Source of the DNA: Nemertoderma westbladi
Taxonomy: Eukaryota; Animalia; Xenacoelomorpha
DNA length: 64,000 bases
NCBI GenBank assembly: GCA_032718475.1
Contig: JAUCBJ010005988.1
Span: 14,567-78,566, forward strand
Direction of reading: 5' to 3'
A program made the translations under genes and the position numbers. How positions within the stretch are numbered: position 1 is the stretch's first letter; each line of letters begins with the position of its first letter. Shown here in pieces: positions 12,859-26,144 of this stretch. The notes beneath the pieces are model-generated. The model was not told where the DNA came from. It saw only the letters and a list, made by a program, of their open reading frames with translations, and did no database searches.

Positions 12859-15800
12859 TGGAGCGATGGAGCGGTGGAGCGGTGGAGCGGTGGAGCGATG
12901 GAGCGGTGGAGCGGTGGAGCGATGGAGTAGTGGAGTAGTGGAGTGGTGTAGCGGTGGAGCGATGGAGCGGTGGAGCGATGGAGCGGTGGAGCGGTGTAGT
13001 GGTGGAGCGATGGAGCGATGGAGCGGTGGAGCGATGGAGCGATGGAGCGATGGAGCGGTGAAGCGATGGAGCGATGGAGCGATGGAGTGAAGGAGCGGTG
13101 TAGCGGTGGAACGGTGTAGTGGTGGAGCGATGGAGCGGTGGAGCGATGGAGTGATGGAGCGGTGTAGTGGTGGAGCGGTGGAGCGGTGGAGCGGTGGAGC
13201 AGTGTAGTGGTGGAACGGTGGAGCGGTGGAGCGGTGGAGCGATGGAGCGGTGGAGTGGTGGAGCGGTGTAGTGGTGGAGCGATGGAGCGGTGGAGCGATG
13301 GAGCGGTGGAGCGATGGAGCGGTGGAGCGGTGTAGTGGTGGAGCGATGGAGCGATGGAGCGGTGGAGCGATGGAGCGATGGAGCGGTGGAGCGATGGAGC
13401 GATGGAGCGATGGAGTGAAGGAGCGGTGTAGCGGTGGAACGGTGTAGTGGTGGAGCGATGGAGCGGTGGAGCGATGGAGTGATGGAGCGGTGTAGTGGTG
13501 GAGCGGTGGAGCGGTGGAGCGGTGGAGCAGTGTAGTGGTGGAACGGTGGAGCGGTGGAGCGGTGGAGCGATGGAGCGGTGGAGTGGTGGAGCGGTGTAGT
13601 GGTGGAGCGATGGAGCGGTGGAGCGATGGAGTGATGGAGCGGTGGAGCGATGGAGTGATGGAGTGGTGTAGTGGTGGAGCGATGGAGCGATGGAGCGGTG
13701 GAGCGATGGAGCGATGGAGCGGTGGAGCGATGGAGTGAAGGAGCGGTGTAGCGGTGGAACGGTGTAGTGGTGGAGCGATGGAGCGATGGAGCGATGGAGC
13801 GGTGGAGCGGTGGAGCGATGGAGCGATGTAGCGATGGAGTGAAGGAGCGGTGGAGCGGTGGAGCGATGGAGCGGTGGAGCGATGGAGCGATGGAGTGATG
13901 GAGCGGTGTAGTGGTGGAGCGATGGAGCGATGGAGCGGTGGAGCGATGGAGTGATGGAGCGGTGTAGTGGTGGAGCGATGGAGCGATGGAGCGGTGGAGC
14001 GGTGTAGTGGTGGAGCGGTGGAGCGGTGGAGCGGTGGAGCGGTGGAGCGGTGGAGCGGTGGAGCGATGGAGCGGTGGAGTGGTGGAGTGGTGGAACGGTG
14101 GAGCGATGGAGCGGTGGAGCGATGGAGTGATGGAGCGGTGTAGTGGTGGAGCGATGGAGCGATGGAGCGGTGGAGCGGTGTAGTGGTGGAGCGGTGGAGC
14201 GGTGGAGCGGTGGAGCGGTGGAGCGGTGGAGCGGTGGAGCGGTGGAGTGGTGGAGCGATGGAGCGATGGAGCGGTGGAGTGGTGGAGTGGTGGAACGGTG
14301 GAGCGATGGAGCGGTGGAGCGATGGAGTGATGGAGCGGTGTAGTGGTGGAGCGATGGAGCGATGGAGCGGTGGAGTGGTGGAGTGGTGGAACGGTGGAGC
14401 GATGGAGCGATGGAGTGATGGAGCGGTGTAGTGGTGGAGCGATGGAGCGATGGAGCGGTGGAGTGGTGGAACGGTGGAGCGATGGAGCGGTGGAGCGATG
14501 GAGTGATGGAGCGGTGTAGTGGTGGAGCGATGGAGCGATGGAGCGGTGGAGCGGTGTAGTGGTGGAGCGGTGGAGCGGTGGAGCGGTGGAGCGGTGGAGC
14601 GGTGGAGTGGTGGAGCGATGGAGTGATGGAGCGGTGTAGCGGTGGAACGGTGTAGTGGTGGAACAGTGGAGCGGTGCTGTGGTGTAGCGGTGTAGTGGTG
14701 GAGCGGTGGAGTGGTGGAGTGATGGAGCGGTGTAGTGGTGGAGCGGTGGAGTGGTGGAGCGATGGAGTGATGGAGCGGTGTAGTGGTGGAGCGGTGGAGC
14801 GGTGGAGCGGTGGAGCGGTGGAGCGGTGGAGTGGTGGAGCGATTGAGTGATGGAGCGGTGTAGTGGTGGAGCGGTGGAGCGGTGGAGCGGTGGAGTGGTG
14901 GAGCGGTGGAGCGATGGAGTGATGGAGCGGTGTAGTGGTGGAGCGGTGGAGCGGTGGAGCGGTGGAGTGGTGGAGCGATGGAGTGATGGAGCGGTGTAGC
15001 GGTGGAACGGTGTAGTGGTGGAACGGTGGAGCGGTGCTGTGGTGTAGCGGTGTAGTGGTGGAGCGGTGGAGTGGTGGAGTGATGGAGCGGTGTAGTGGTG
15101 GAGCGGTGGAGTGGTGGAGCGATGGAGTGATGGAGCGGTGTAGTGGTGGAGCGGTGGAGCGGTGGAGTGGTGGAGCGATGGAGTGATGGAGCGGTGTAGC
15201 GGTGGAACGGTGTAGCGGTGGAACGGTGTAGTGGTGGAACGGTGGAGCGGTGCTGTGGTGTAGCGGTGTAGTGGTGGAGCGGTGGAGTGGTGGAGTGATG
15301 GAGCGGTGTAGTGGTGGAGCGGTGGAGTGGTGGAGCGATGGAGCGATGGAGCGGTGGAGCGATGGAGTGATGGAGCGGTGTAGCGGTGGAACGGTGTAGT
15401 GGTGGAACGGTGGAGCGGTGCTGCGGTGCTGTGGTGTAGCGGTGGAGTGCTGGAAGGGTCTAGTGGTGGAGTGATGGAAAGGTGGAGTGGTGGAACGGTG
15501 GATCGGTGCTGTGGTGTAGCGGTAGAGCGGAGTAGCGTGGAGTGGTGGAACGGTGTGGCGGTGGAGCGCGGATCGGTGCGGTGTTGTAGCGGTGGAGTGG
15601 TGGAACGGTGGAGCGGTGGAGAGGTAGAGCGGTGGGGTGGTGGATCGGTGCTATGGTGTAGCGGTGGAGAGGTGTAGCGGTGAAGTGGTGTAGCGGTGGA
15701 GTGGTGGAACGGTGGATCGGTGGAGCGATGGAGTGATGGAGCGGTGTAGTGGTGGAGCGATGGAGCGGTGGAGCGATGGAGTGATGGAGCGGTGTAGCGG

Positions 15801-16840
15801 TGGAACGGTGTAGTGGTGGAACGGTGGAGCGGTGCTGTGGTGCTGTGGTGTAGCGGTGGAGTGCTGGAAGGTTCTAGTGGTGGAGTGATGGAACGGTGGA
15901 GTGGTGGAACGGTGGATCGGTGCTGTGGTGTAGCGGTAGAGCGGAGTAGCGTGGAGTGGTGGAACGGTGTGGCGGTGGAGCGCGGATCGGTGCGGTGTTG
16001 TAGCGGTGGAGTGGTGGAACGGTGGAGCGGTGGAGAGGTAGAGCGGTGGAGTGGTGGATCGGTGCTATGGTGTAGCGGTGGAGAGGTGTAGCGGTGAAGT
16101 GGTGTAGCGGTGGGGTGGTGGAGCGGTGGAGCGTGGAGTGGTGGATTGGTGCTATGGTGTAGCTGTGGAGAGGTGGGGTGGTGGAGTGGTGGAACGGTGG
16201 AGCGGAGGCGCGGTGGGGTGGTGGAGCGGAAGGAGCGTGGAGTGGTGTAGTGGTGTAGCGTGGAGCGGCGGAATGGTGTAGCGGTGGAGCGGAAGCGCGG
16301 TACGGTGGTGGAGCGGTGGGGCGGTGGATCGGTGCTGTGGTGTAGCGGTGGAACGGTGGGGCGGAGGAGTGGTGGAGCGGTGGAGCGTGGAGTGGAGGAA
16401 CGGTGGAGCGAGGATCGGTGCTGTGTTGTAGCGGTGGAGTGGTGGAACGGTGGAGAGGTGGAGTGGTGGAGCAGTGGAGCGGTGGAGAGGTAGAGCGGTG
16501 GAGTGGTGGATCGGTGCTATGGTGTAGCGGTGGAGCGGTGGAGAGGTGTAGCGGTGAAGTGGTGTAGCGGTGGAGTGGTTGAACGGTGGATCGGTGCTGT
16601 GGTGGAACGGTGGAGCGGAATCGCGGTGGGGTGGTGGAGAGGTGGGGCGGTGGATCGGTGCTATGGTGTAGCGGTGGAGAGGTGGGGCGGTGGAGTGGTG
16701 GAACGGTAGAGCGTGGAGTGGTGGAACGGTGGAACGGTAGAGCAGTGGGACGGTGGATCGGTGGAGCGGAGGCGCGGTGGGGTGGTGGAGCGGTGGAACG
16801 GTGCAGTGGTGGGGCGGTGGAACAGGGGAGCGGTGGAGCG
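12859..16840. repeat. 8-bp G-rich satellite (GGAGCGRT/GGAGTGGT), degenerating towards the right end
   Basis: Seen directly; 414-bp block duplication (ORF copies at 15399 and 15813). Confidence 0.96.
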
Positions 16841-18864
16841 GCCGATGCATGGGCCGAAACATGTATATAGTCGTGGAGCCATGAGCGAACTATGACTATA
16901 ATATTTATTATTGGCAGCGAGATAAAATATAATTATTTATTGTAGGACACCGCACCATCACTGTCCAACAGTCTCTCTACCGCACAGTATAACAACTAAA
17001 TCATAGGTACTTTGATATTAATTTTTCAATACTTCCTAACATAATATAACCCAATCTATAACATTTCAACAGGCTCTAATAATCGATTAAGAAGTTCGAT
17101 AAGACATACTATATCTCTCAGATATTATCATAATTTCGTGCAAAACAACGAAATAATTAATTTTAGTAAAAATCATTGGCTTGAACTGTAGTTAAACTGC
17201 TATATATAAACACTATTTTAATTTGCTCCGGCTGGGGGCGAAGAGATCTTTAAAAAAATATATAAACAATATTAATTTTAAAAAAATAACAAAAATAACT
17301 ATAAATATAGTTAATAAAAATAATTGTTTTCATATTAATATCACAATCCCTCTAAAGTCGTGGTTGTCTAACATCATATAAGTCTAAAATCTGGCAGGCG
17401 TATATTGGTAAAAATATTTGATCACAGATATACGAATAATAACATATTAATACTTTATAACAATATTGGTTTATTAGAATAGCAGCAAAGATCTTTATGC
17501 AAAATTAGTTTTAAAAAAAGTCAAAAAAGGAGTTAACAAAACGAACATAAACAATCACATCCGGAAGGGAAGGGGGGGTGGTGGAGGGGGAAGGGGGCGT
17601 ATATATGGGTAAACTCTAACAACTCCAGGAATTTTGCAAGTTCCGGCTGCTTATCTACACCGGAGTCCATGAAGAGAAATCGACATATTAATAGATAAAT
17701 ATCAGGTATAAATCTCAGGATAAATCCTCCTACACAGAGCTTTACTTAGTAAAAGGGATGAAGCCTGTCGGCTGTCATCATCCGAAAGTCGGGCCCTATT
17801 CTGAAGCTGATACCTTTAGAGTTACATTCCTCTCTACTCCAGAGATGCATTCAGATGGGGGGGGGGGGGGGGGGCTATTGCCGAAAATAACCAAAACAAT
17901 ATAGCGATACTAACTAAAGTCAATATCACAAGTATGACAGTCTCATTTATACACGTAGACCATCTTTGGATCGTGGAAAGTAAATTCCATATTTTTATGA
18001 CGAATTTCATTCAAAACTTAAATAATATTAAACTCTACAGTTTGAACGCCATGTATTGTATATATAGGCCGATTCTAAAGAAGTTTATTTTACTCAGATA
18101 ATAATGTTATAACTTTGTATTATATTGATATGATTATATGATTGAATTATAAAAATTTCATTAAAATGATTGCCTAAAGTTCAATTGAGATATTATTTTC
18201 TATCTAAATTGTATTTGCATCTTTCACATAAGATACTTGGATAATATCTATATTACCTATCGGCATCAATAATATTGACAATTCTACTTTAAAAAAATAT
18301 CATACCAATGTATTGTATAGTTCACAATAAACACTTTGGAACTATCATATCTTGAAACGGCGAAAGAACGGTGGAATTCATTTTCTTTAAACCTTAAAAA
18401 ATTACAAGAAACATGTTTGTAAACAGTATGGAAGAGGGATAAACAACTTGAGAGATATGTCACACTCACACAAAAAGACTCTCACTGGTCACCATTAATC
18501 TGAGATTCAATTCTCACAAATTCCGTTATATCACGTTGGTTCGTCTTTAAAGTCCCCCGAGACCCAATTAAGAGTTGCAGGTTATGGCTGTTCAAAGTAT
18601 CCAGGCAGTCAAACAGGCGTGGTTCCAACAGGAACAATCCTTACTGGGCCTATAGAGGGGGTACATCCGTTACTGATGCATCCTATATGCAATGATGCAC
18701 ACCCTTGACCCTTGAACAAATTGAGAAATATGCTAATACGAGGTGTATATCAACCTCCTTATCCTGTCGTGTGTTCTTGTATAAGCCAACGAGTGGGTGT
18801 CAACCACCTATGCCGGAACTAATATTCCCTTGGTCCCTGTCCCATGAGATGGAATCCTGGACGT

Positions 18865-21800
18865 GCATGCTATTGGAATGAACTAATGCATGCTATTGGA
18901 ACAAAGCAATGCATGATATTGTGACAAAGCAATCCATGATATTGGAACCAAGCAATGCATAATATTGGAACAAAGTAATCTATGATATTGGAACAAAGCA
19001 ATACATGTTATTGGAACAAGCAATGCATATTATTGAAACAAAGCAATGCATGATTTTGTAACAAAGCAATCCATGATATTGGAACAAAGCAACGCATAAT
19101 ATTGGAACAAAGCAATCTATGATATTGGAACAAAGCAATACATGTTATTGGAACAAGCAATGCATATTATTGGAACAAAGCAATGCATGATTTTGGAACA
19201 AAGTAATCCATGATATTGGAACATTTGGTATCCTCTGCAGTTTGAGCTCAGCATGGACTCCCATATAAGAGTACTGGTACAACAACTGCCATAAATAATC
19301 GAATCTTAAGGTTCCGCTTTATTCTATGGGACTTCCAAAACCTGGACAGACTATTAAATGTTGTCCATGCCTTCCATTACGCATCCGAAGCTCACCTGGC
19401 TTTCTGATCCATGATCTGAAGTAGCAGAAGTCATCCACATGATCAAGCAAGCCGTCCCTAGAGTTTATACCCTTACGATCAGACATTTCTTGAGTGCTGT
19501 CTAAGTTCACTACCATGATTTTGGTCTTTTTGCAGCCTACAAAAAAAACTAACTCTTCTAAAGGCTCCCTCTAGTAATTCAATTGGAACAAAGCAATGCA
19601 TGCTATTGGAACAAAACAATGCAGGCCATTGGAACAAAGCAATGCATGCTATTGGAACAAAGCAATGCATGCTATTGGAACAAAGAAATGCATGCCATTG
19701 GAACAAAGCAATGCATGCAACTGGAACGAAACAATGGATGACATTGGAACAAAGAAATGCATGATATTGGAACAAAGCAATGCATGCTATTGGAACGAAG
19801 CAATGCATGATATTGGAACAAAGAAATGCATGCCATTGGAACAAAGCAATGCATGCCATTGGAACAAAGCAATGTATGATATTGGAACAAAGCAATGCAT
19901 GATACTGTAACAAAGCAATGCATGATATTGGAACAAAGCAATGCATGCTATTGGAACAAAGCAATGTATGATATTGGAACAAAGCAATGCATGCTACTGT
20001 AACAAAGCAATGCATGATATTGGAACAAAGAAATGCATGCCATTGGAACAAAGCAATGCATGCTATTGGAACAAAGAAATGCATGCCATTGGAACAAAGC
20101 AATGTATAATATTGGAACAAAGCAATGCATGCTACTGGAAAGAAGCAATGCATGATATTAGAACAAGTCACTACATGATATTGGAACAAAGCAATTCATG
20201 ATATTGGAACAAAGCAATGTATGCTATTGGAACAAAGAAATGCATGATATTGGAACAAAGCAATACATGCTATTGGAACAAAGCAATGCATGCTACTGGA
20301 ACGAAGCAATGCATGCTATTGGAACAAAGAAATGCATGCCATTGGAAAAAAGCAATGCATGATATTGGAACAAAGCAATGCATGCTACTGGAACAAAGCA
20401 ATGCATGATATTAGAACAAGTCACTACATGATATTGGAACAAAGCAATACATGCTATTGGAAGGAAGCAATGCATGATATTTGAACAACACAATACATGC
20501 TATTGGAACAAAGCAATGTATGCTATTGGAACAAAGCAATGCATGATATTGGAACAACGCAATACATGCTATTGGAACAAAGCAAAGCATGCTATTGGAA
20601 AAAGCAATGTATGCTATTGGAACAAAGAAATGCATGCCATTGTAACAAAGCAATGCATGCAATTGGAACAAAGCAATGTATGCTATTGGAACAAAGAAAT
20701 GCCTGCCATTAGAATAAAGCAATGTATGATATTGGAACAAAGCAATGCATGCTACTGGAACAAAGAACTGCATGCTACTGGAACGAAGCATTGCATGATA
20801 TTGGAACAAAGAAATGCATGCCATTGGAACAAAGCAATGCATGCTATTGGAACAAAGCAATGCATGTTACTGGAACGAAGCAATGTATGATATTGGAACA
20901 ACGCAATACATGCTATTGGAACAAAGCAATGTATGCTACTGGAACAAAGCAATGCATGATATTGGAACAAAGAAATGCATGCCATTGGACCAAAGCAATG
21001 CCTGACATTGGAACAAAGCAATGTATTCTATTGGAACAAACCAATGCATGCTACTGGAACAAACCAATGCATGATATTGGAACAAAGATAAGCATGCCAT
21101 TGGAACAAAGCAATGCATGCTATTGGAACAAAGCAATGCATGCTATTGGAACAAAGCATTGCATGCTATTGGAACGAAGCAATGCATGCTATTGGAAAAA
21201 CGCATTACATGATATTGGAACAAAGCAATGCATGCTATTGGAACAAAAAAGCTATGCATGGTATTGGATCAAAGCAATGCATGCTACTGGAACGAAGCAA
21301 TTCATGCTATTGGAACAAATCAATGCATGCCACTGGAACAAAGCAATGCATGCTATTGGAACAAAGCAATTCACGTTACTGGAACGAAGCATTGTATGAT
21401 ATTGGAACAGCGCAATACATGCCATTGGAACAAAGCAAGGCATGCTATTGGAACAAAGCTATGCATGCTATTGGAACAAAGCAATGCATGCTACTGGAAC
21501 GAAGCAATGCATGTTATTGGAACATATCAATGCATACCACTGGAACAAAGCAATGTATTCTATTGGAACAAAGCAATGCATGTTACTGGAACGAAGCAAT
21601 GCATGATATTGGAACAAAGCAAAGGATAATATTGGAACAAAGCAATGCATGCTACTGGAACAAAGCAATGCATGATATTGGAACAAAGAAATGCATGTCA
21701 TTGGAAAGCAATGCATGCTACTTGAACGAGGCAATGCATGATATTGGAAAAACGCAATACATGATATTGGAACAAAGCAATGCATGCTATTGGAACAAAG

Positions 21801-22370
21801 CTATGGATGGTATTGGATCAAAGCAATGCATGCTACTGGAACGAAGCAATGCATGCTATTGGAACAAATCAATGTATGCCACTGGAACAAAGCAATGCAT
21901 GCTATTGGAACAAAGCAATTCATGTTACTGGAACGAAGCAATGTATGATATTGGAACAACGCAATACATGCCATTGGAACAAAGCAATGCATGCTATTGG
22001 AACACAGCTATGCATGCTATTGGAACAAAGCAATGCATGCTACTGGAACGAAGCAATGCATGTTATTGGAACAAATCAATGCATACCACTGGAACAAAGC
22101 AATGTATTCTATTGGAACAAAGGAATTCATGTTACTGGAACGAAGCAATGTATGATATTGGAACAACACAATACATGCCATTGGAACAAAGCAATGCATG
22201 ATATTAGAACAAAGCAATGCATGATATTAGAACAAAGCAATGCATGCTACTGGAACAAAGCAATGCATGATATTGGAACAAAGAAATGCATGCCATTGGA
22301 ACAAAGCAATGCATGCCATTGTAACAAAGCAATGCATGATATTGGAACAAAGCAATGCAAGCTATTGGCT
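18865..22370. repeat. 23-bp minisatellite (TATTGGAACAAAGCAATGCATGC), interrupted at 19224-19580
   Basis: Seen directly; period 23 (e.g. 19583 and 19606). Confidence 0.96.
19224..19580 (-). mobile_element. LINE (RTE/L2-like) ORF2 fragment, post-RT region, inside the 23-bp array
   Basis: Frameshifted translation KKTKIMVVN...DHVDDFCYFRSWI...AWTTFNSLSRFWKSHRIKRNLKIRLFMAVVVPVLLYGS matches the LINE motifs KTK.M, V..F.YLGS and K.RLF.A.V.PVLLYGSE.W. Confidence 0.8.
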
Positions 22371-23107
22371 ACCATTGGTTTCAATATTGGAAATTATTCG
22401 CTAATGGCCTTTGATATTGATTAGAATCATTGTTAATATAAACATAATGAGGAAAAAGAAACCCAAACCAATTTGGATAACAATAATAATTGTTAACCCA
22501 CTCGCCTTATCAGAACAGGTTTTATGATTAAGAACTTCGATATTTCGATGAATAATTTATTCATAAAATATGGTCGATATATGCGGTGTTCCTACGGCTG
22601 CTTACATCACTGTGTAATAATAATAGGAATTCTGTTAGTAATTGCAAACAACACACCCCGTGCCATATTCAGAGATATTCATTCGCATAGGACAATAAAT
22701 ATAATTAAAGTATAATAGAGGGGGCCTACATAGTATATTAAATAAATATATCAGTTACACAAAAAGGATTAGGTATAATGAAAATGTTAACTTGAGTTTT
22801 TAATCGCAATAATTTTTATTGTCCGTATAAATCACTCATGATATCCTTTTTTTGACTTTTTATGTCCTCCAGAAATTTACCGTTAGGTTCCATGCTACCG
22901 GCTTCTCTACTGCTGTTCTCTCAGGCTATCAGTACCGGTATTAGTATATAGAGTACTATTTTGCAGTATTGCTGTATTGTATGTATAGATGTAGGTATAA
23001 AGCAGGTATTTTAGGTATTTTAGTGCCGGTACCGGCACCGGTACTGCTGTAGGTCTACTGTGTAGCCTACCATTTAAATACGGTAATGGTAGGCCTACCG
23101 GCTGACC

Positions 23108-23785
23108 GGTTGTTTTGGTTAGAAAATCCCGCCTCTGTAACCTGCTCCTTTCCCTGATTTGGTAAAGTGACCGTTTATTGTTTTAGTTAGAAAGGCCCGC
23201 CTCTGTAACCTGCTCCTTTCCTTCATTTTGTAAAGTGACTGTTTATTGTTTTGGTTAGAAAATCCCGCCTCTGTAACCTGCCCCTTTCCCTCAATTAGTT
23301 AAATGATCGTTTATTGTTTTGGTTAGAAAATCCCGCGTCTGTAACCTGCTCCTTTCCCTCAATTAGTTAAGTGATCGTTTATTGTTTTGGTTAGAAAACC
23401 CCACCTCTGTAACCTGCTCCTTTCCCTCAATTAGTTAAGTGATCGTTTATTGTTTTGGTTAGGAAATCCCGCCTCTGTAACCTGCTCCTTTCTCTCAATT
23501 GGTAATGTTATCGTTTATTGTTTTGGTTAGAAAAGACCATCTATGTAACCTGCTCCTTTCCTTCATTTGGTAAAGTGATTGTCTATTGTTTTGGTTAGAA
23601 AATCCCGCCTCTGTAACCTGCTCCTTTCCCTGATTTGGTAAAGTGACCGTTTATTGTTTTGGTTAGAAAGGCTAGCCTCTGTAACCTGCTCCTTTCCTTC
23701 TTTTGGTAAAGTGACTTTATTGTTTTGGTTAGAAAATCCGGCCTTAACCTGCTCCTTTCCATCAATTGGTAATTGTTTTTGGCTA
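23108..23785. repeat. ~68-bp tandem repeat, ~10 copies (GTTTATTGTTTTGGTTAGAAAATCCCGCCTCTGTAACCTGCTCCTTTCCC…)
   Basis: Seen directly; related single copies at ~27405 (reverse), ~35785-35862 and ~48105. Confidence 0.93.
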
Positions 23786-25785
23786 TAAAATGAGTGTTTT
23801 GCTACGTCATGTGGTAATCGATTATCGACAACAACCACAACCTATTAAATTTAGAGTCTTTTTACCACAGGCGCATATGGAAATCTATCTCATAGTCTAT
23901 AAATCAACAAATTTTGAATGTTTTGGCATAGGCATGTTGAAATTAACTGTCTGACAGTCCAGAAATCAGCAGTCTGACAGTTTGAAGAAATACATACATA
24001 AAAAGTCATTAAAGGACAACAAAAGTCATTAAAGGGACAATAAAAGTCATTATGCACAATTCGTAAAAAAAGGAGGACAAAAAAGTCAAATAAAAGGACA
24101 TAAAAAATCACTGCCGTTTTTTAATCTGGTCCAAAGAGTACAGTACAGTACATGGCTGTTAGCATTGTATCAATGAATCAATTAGTTAAACCTTTACATT
24201 TACATACTACAGTTTATCACCCAAATGAATGGAATTGCAGAAATAAATGAAATCTCGCAACTTTCATTCAAATGTATTTGTTTGTTTACTGTAATTACTA
24301 CGCGGTCGTTTCTCATTCACAGTTAATGGATACATTGACTATGTTAGGAGACTAATTAACTCCTCGTGACACACAAGGACTAGAAGAGGTAGTACGCCGG
24401 TATCCTGTGGCTGTGTATCCTGTAGTAGATGCGATGCATGGGTCGAAAAGTTCATTACAGAAGTCCAGAAAGTATCGACCGCAATCTCCACTGACTGCCT
24501 CCAAAGCAGAGAAGATTCTGGTTATAAACTTCATTAATTGCGCAAAGAATGTACGATGTGTGATGCGATGTGTACAATGGCGGTACACTGGTGGTCACTC
24601 ACACACTGTGCAGTAATACGTCCACTGTGCTTAATCTATCCATGAGGTCTACAAAATCTCCACTAGATCAGGTTCCAAACTTGAATGGACTAATGGGACG
24701 ACTCCAAAACTGTGCAGGGTCTGTTTGGAGAAGTGTGCACTATAGTATACTATATTGACACACACGTTCGTGGGGCCTTCGCGCAGCACGAGGCTCAGTT
24801 ATCAGAAACAGATTAAAATTAAGCAATTCTATTCCAAAATCGGCATTTAAGAAATTTCACCAAACCGCCAATAAGAATAAATCAAAGAAGAGAGAATTGT
24901 TCCCCCCTTCAACCCCCTCTTAATCTGCACGACTGCCGGGCTGCACCACCCCAACCCAAAGGCGCACAGAGGATTAATGAAAGGCAGAGGTATTACCAGG
25001 AAATTTGTGTTTTAAATTTTAGGCGTAGAGGCGACCCAATTTGAAAAAATATTAAAACTTACCTTATGCCGATAGTATTGATACTGAAATATTATGAAAC
25101 TCTCGTATTGGCCAACGTATTAACAAATTTATTCTGATCTGAGCTACATGTAATTTAAGTTTAAAACGCTGCTTGGATAAGCCATCATTCAAACGAGAGC
25201 GAGCATAGCCTAAATTGTATGTGATACTGCATTAACGATGAGCAAAGCAACTTGCGAGATTCTATGTTTAAAACAATTTATCAACGTATTTTCTCCAGAT
25301 AAACAGTTATCTAAAACAGCGTCAAATATTTAACTTATTCTCTCTTATGACGTTGGTATTATATTTAATGGAGTAGGCCTACGGACAATTACGACCCGGA
25401 CTATTATAGCTTAACGTTAGGGGAACTTCCATATATTACGAACACCAATTTGGCCAATTTTTTACCCAAAAACCCTCCCACCCACACCCCTTTTAAATCA
25501 AAAATATCTAGGCCTACAGTATTTGCAGTGCTTATTCTTGTGCTATAATAATGTAAAATGTATTTATTATTTTTATTTATTTATTCACCTGTATTAATAA
25601 TAATTGTTAAATAACAAATTGTATTCTTTATTTATTTATTCTTTGTTCTTTATATTTATTATTTTTGTATTATCGTACATAAATTGGTTAAACACTTTAA
25701 TATGCAATAAAAACTAAATGCATTAAATAATATAACGACGAGTTCAATAACTATACGGACAGTCCTGGCCGTAATTTCATTTGCG

Positions 25786-25903
25786 ATGTACCTAAAGTAC
25801 CATAATTATTTGTAATGTACCTAACGTACCATAATTATTTGTAATGAACCTAACGTACCATAATTATTTGTAATGTACCTAACGTACCATAATTATTTGT
25901 AAT
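25786..25903. repeat. 29-bp tandem repeat, ~4 copies (ATGTACCTAACGTACCATAATTATTTGTA)
   Basis: Seen directly. Confidence 0.9.
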
Positions 25904-26144
25904 TGCGTCAAATAACAAATAATTTTACAGCCGCTTCAGCACATAACTCTGTATGTCACAATTCACAGCCCCCCCCTTCTAAAATATTATCTTAGAATGT
26001 TGTGTGACGGACCTTCGTCCTGGTGTGACGGACCTTCGTCTTATTCGGACCTTTGTCCCATTCGGACAAAGGTCCTGTTGTTTCGGACCTTCGTCCTAGG
26101 TGTTCCGTCCCATTCGGACCTTCGTCCTGGAACCGATGATTGAA

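Noticed and set aside
12859-16840. Telomeric repeat
   Set aside because: Internal, degenerate 8-mer with no TTAGG/TTAGGG/TTAGGC-type unit
19479-22424. Cys-rich ORFs up to 362 aa
   Set aside because: Translations of the 23-bp satellite
24350-24760. Coding-like island with short ORFs on both strands
   Set aside because: No recognisable motif or consistent splice structure
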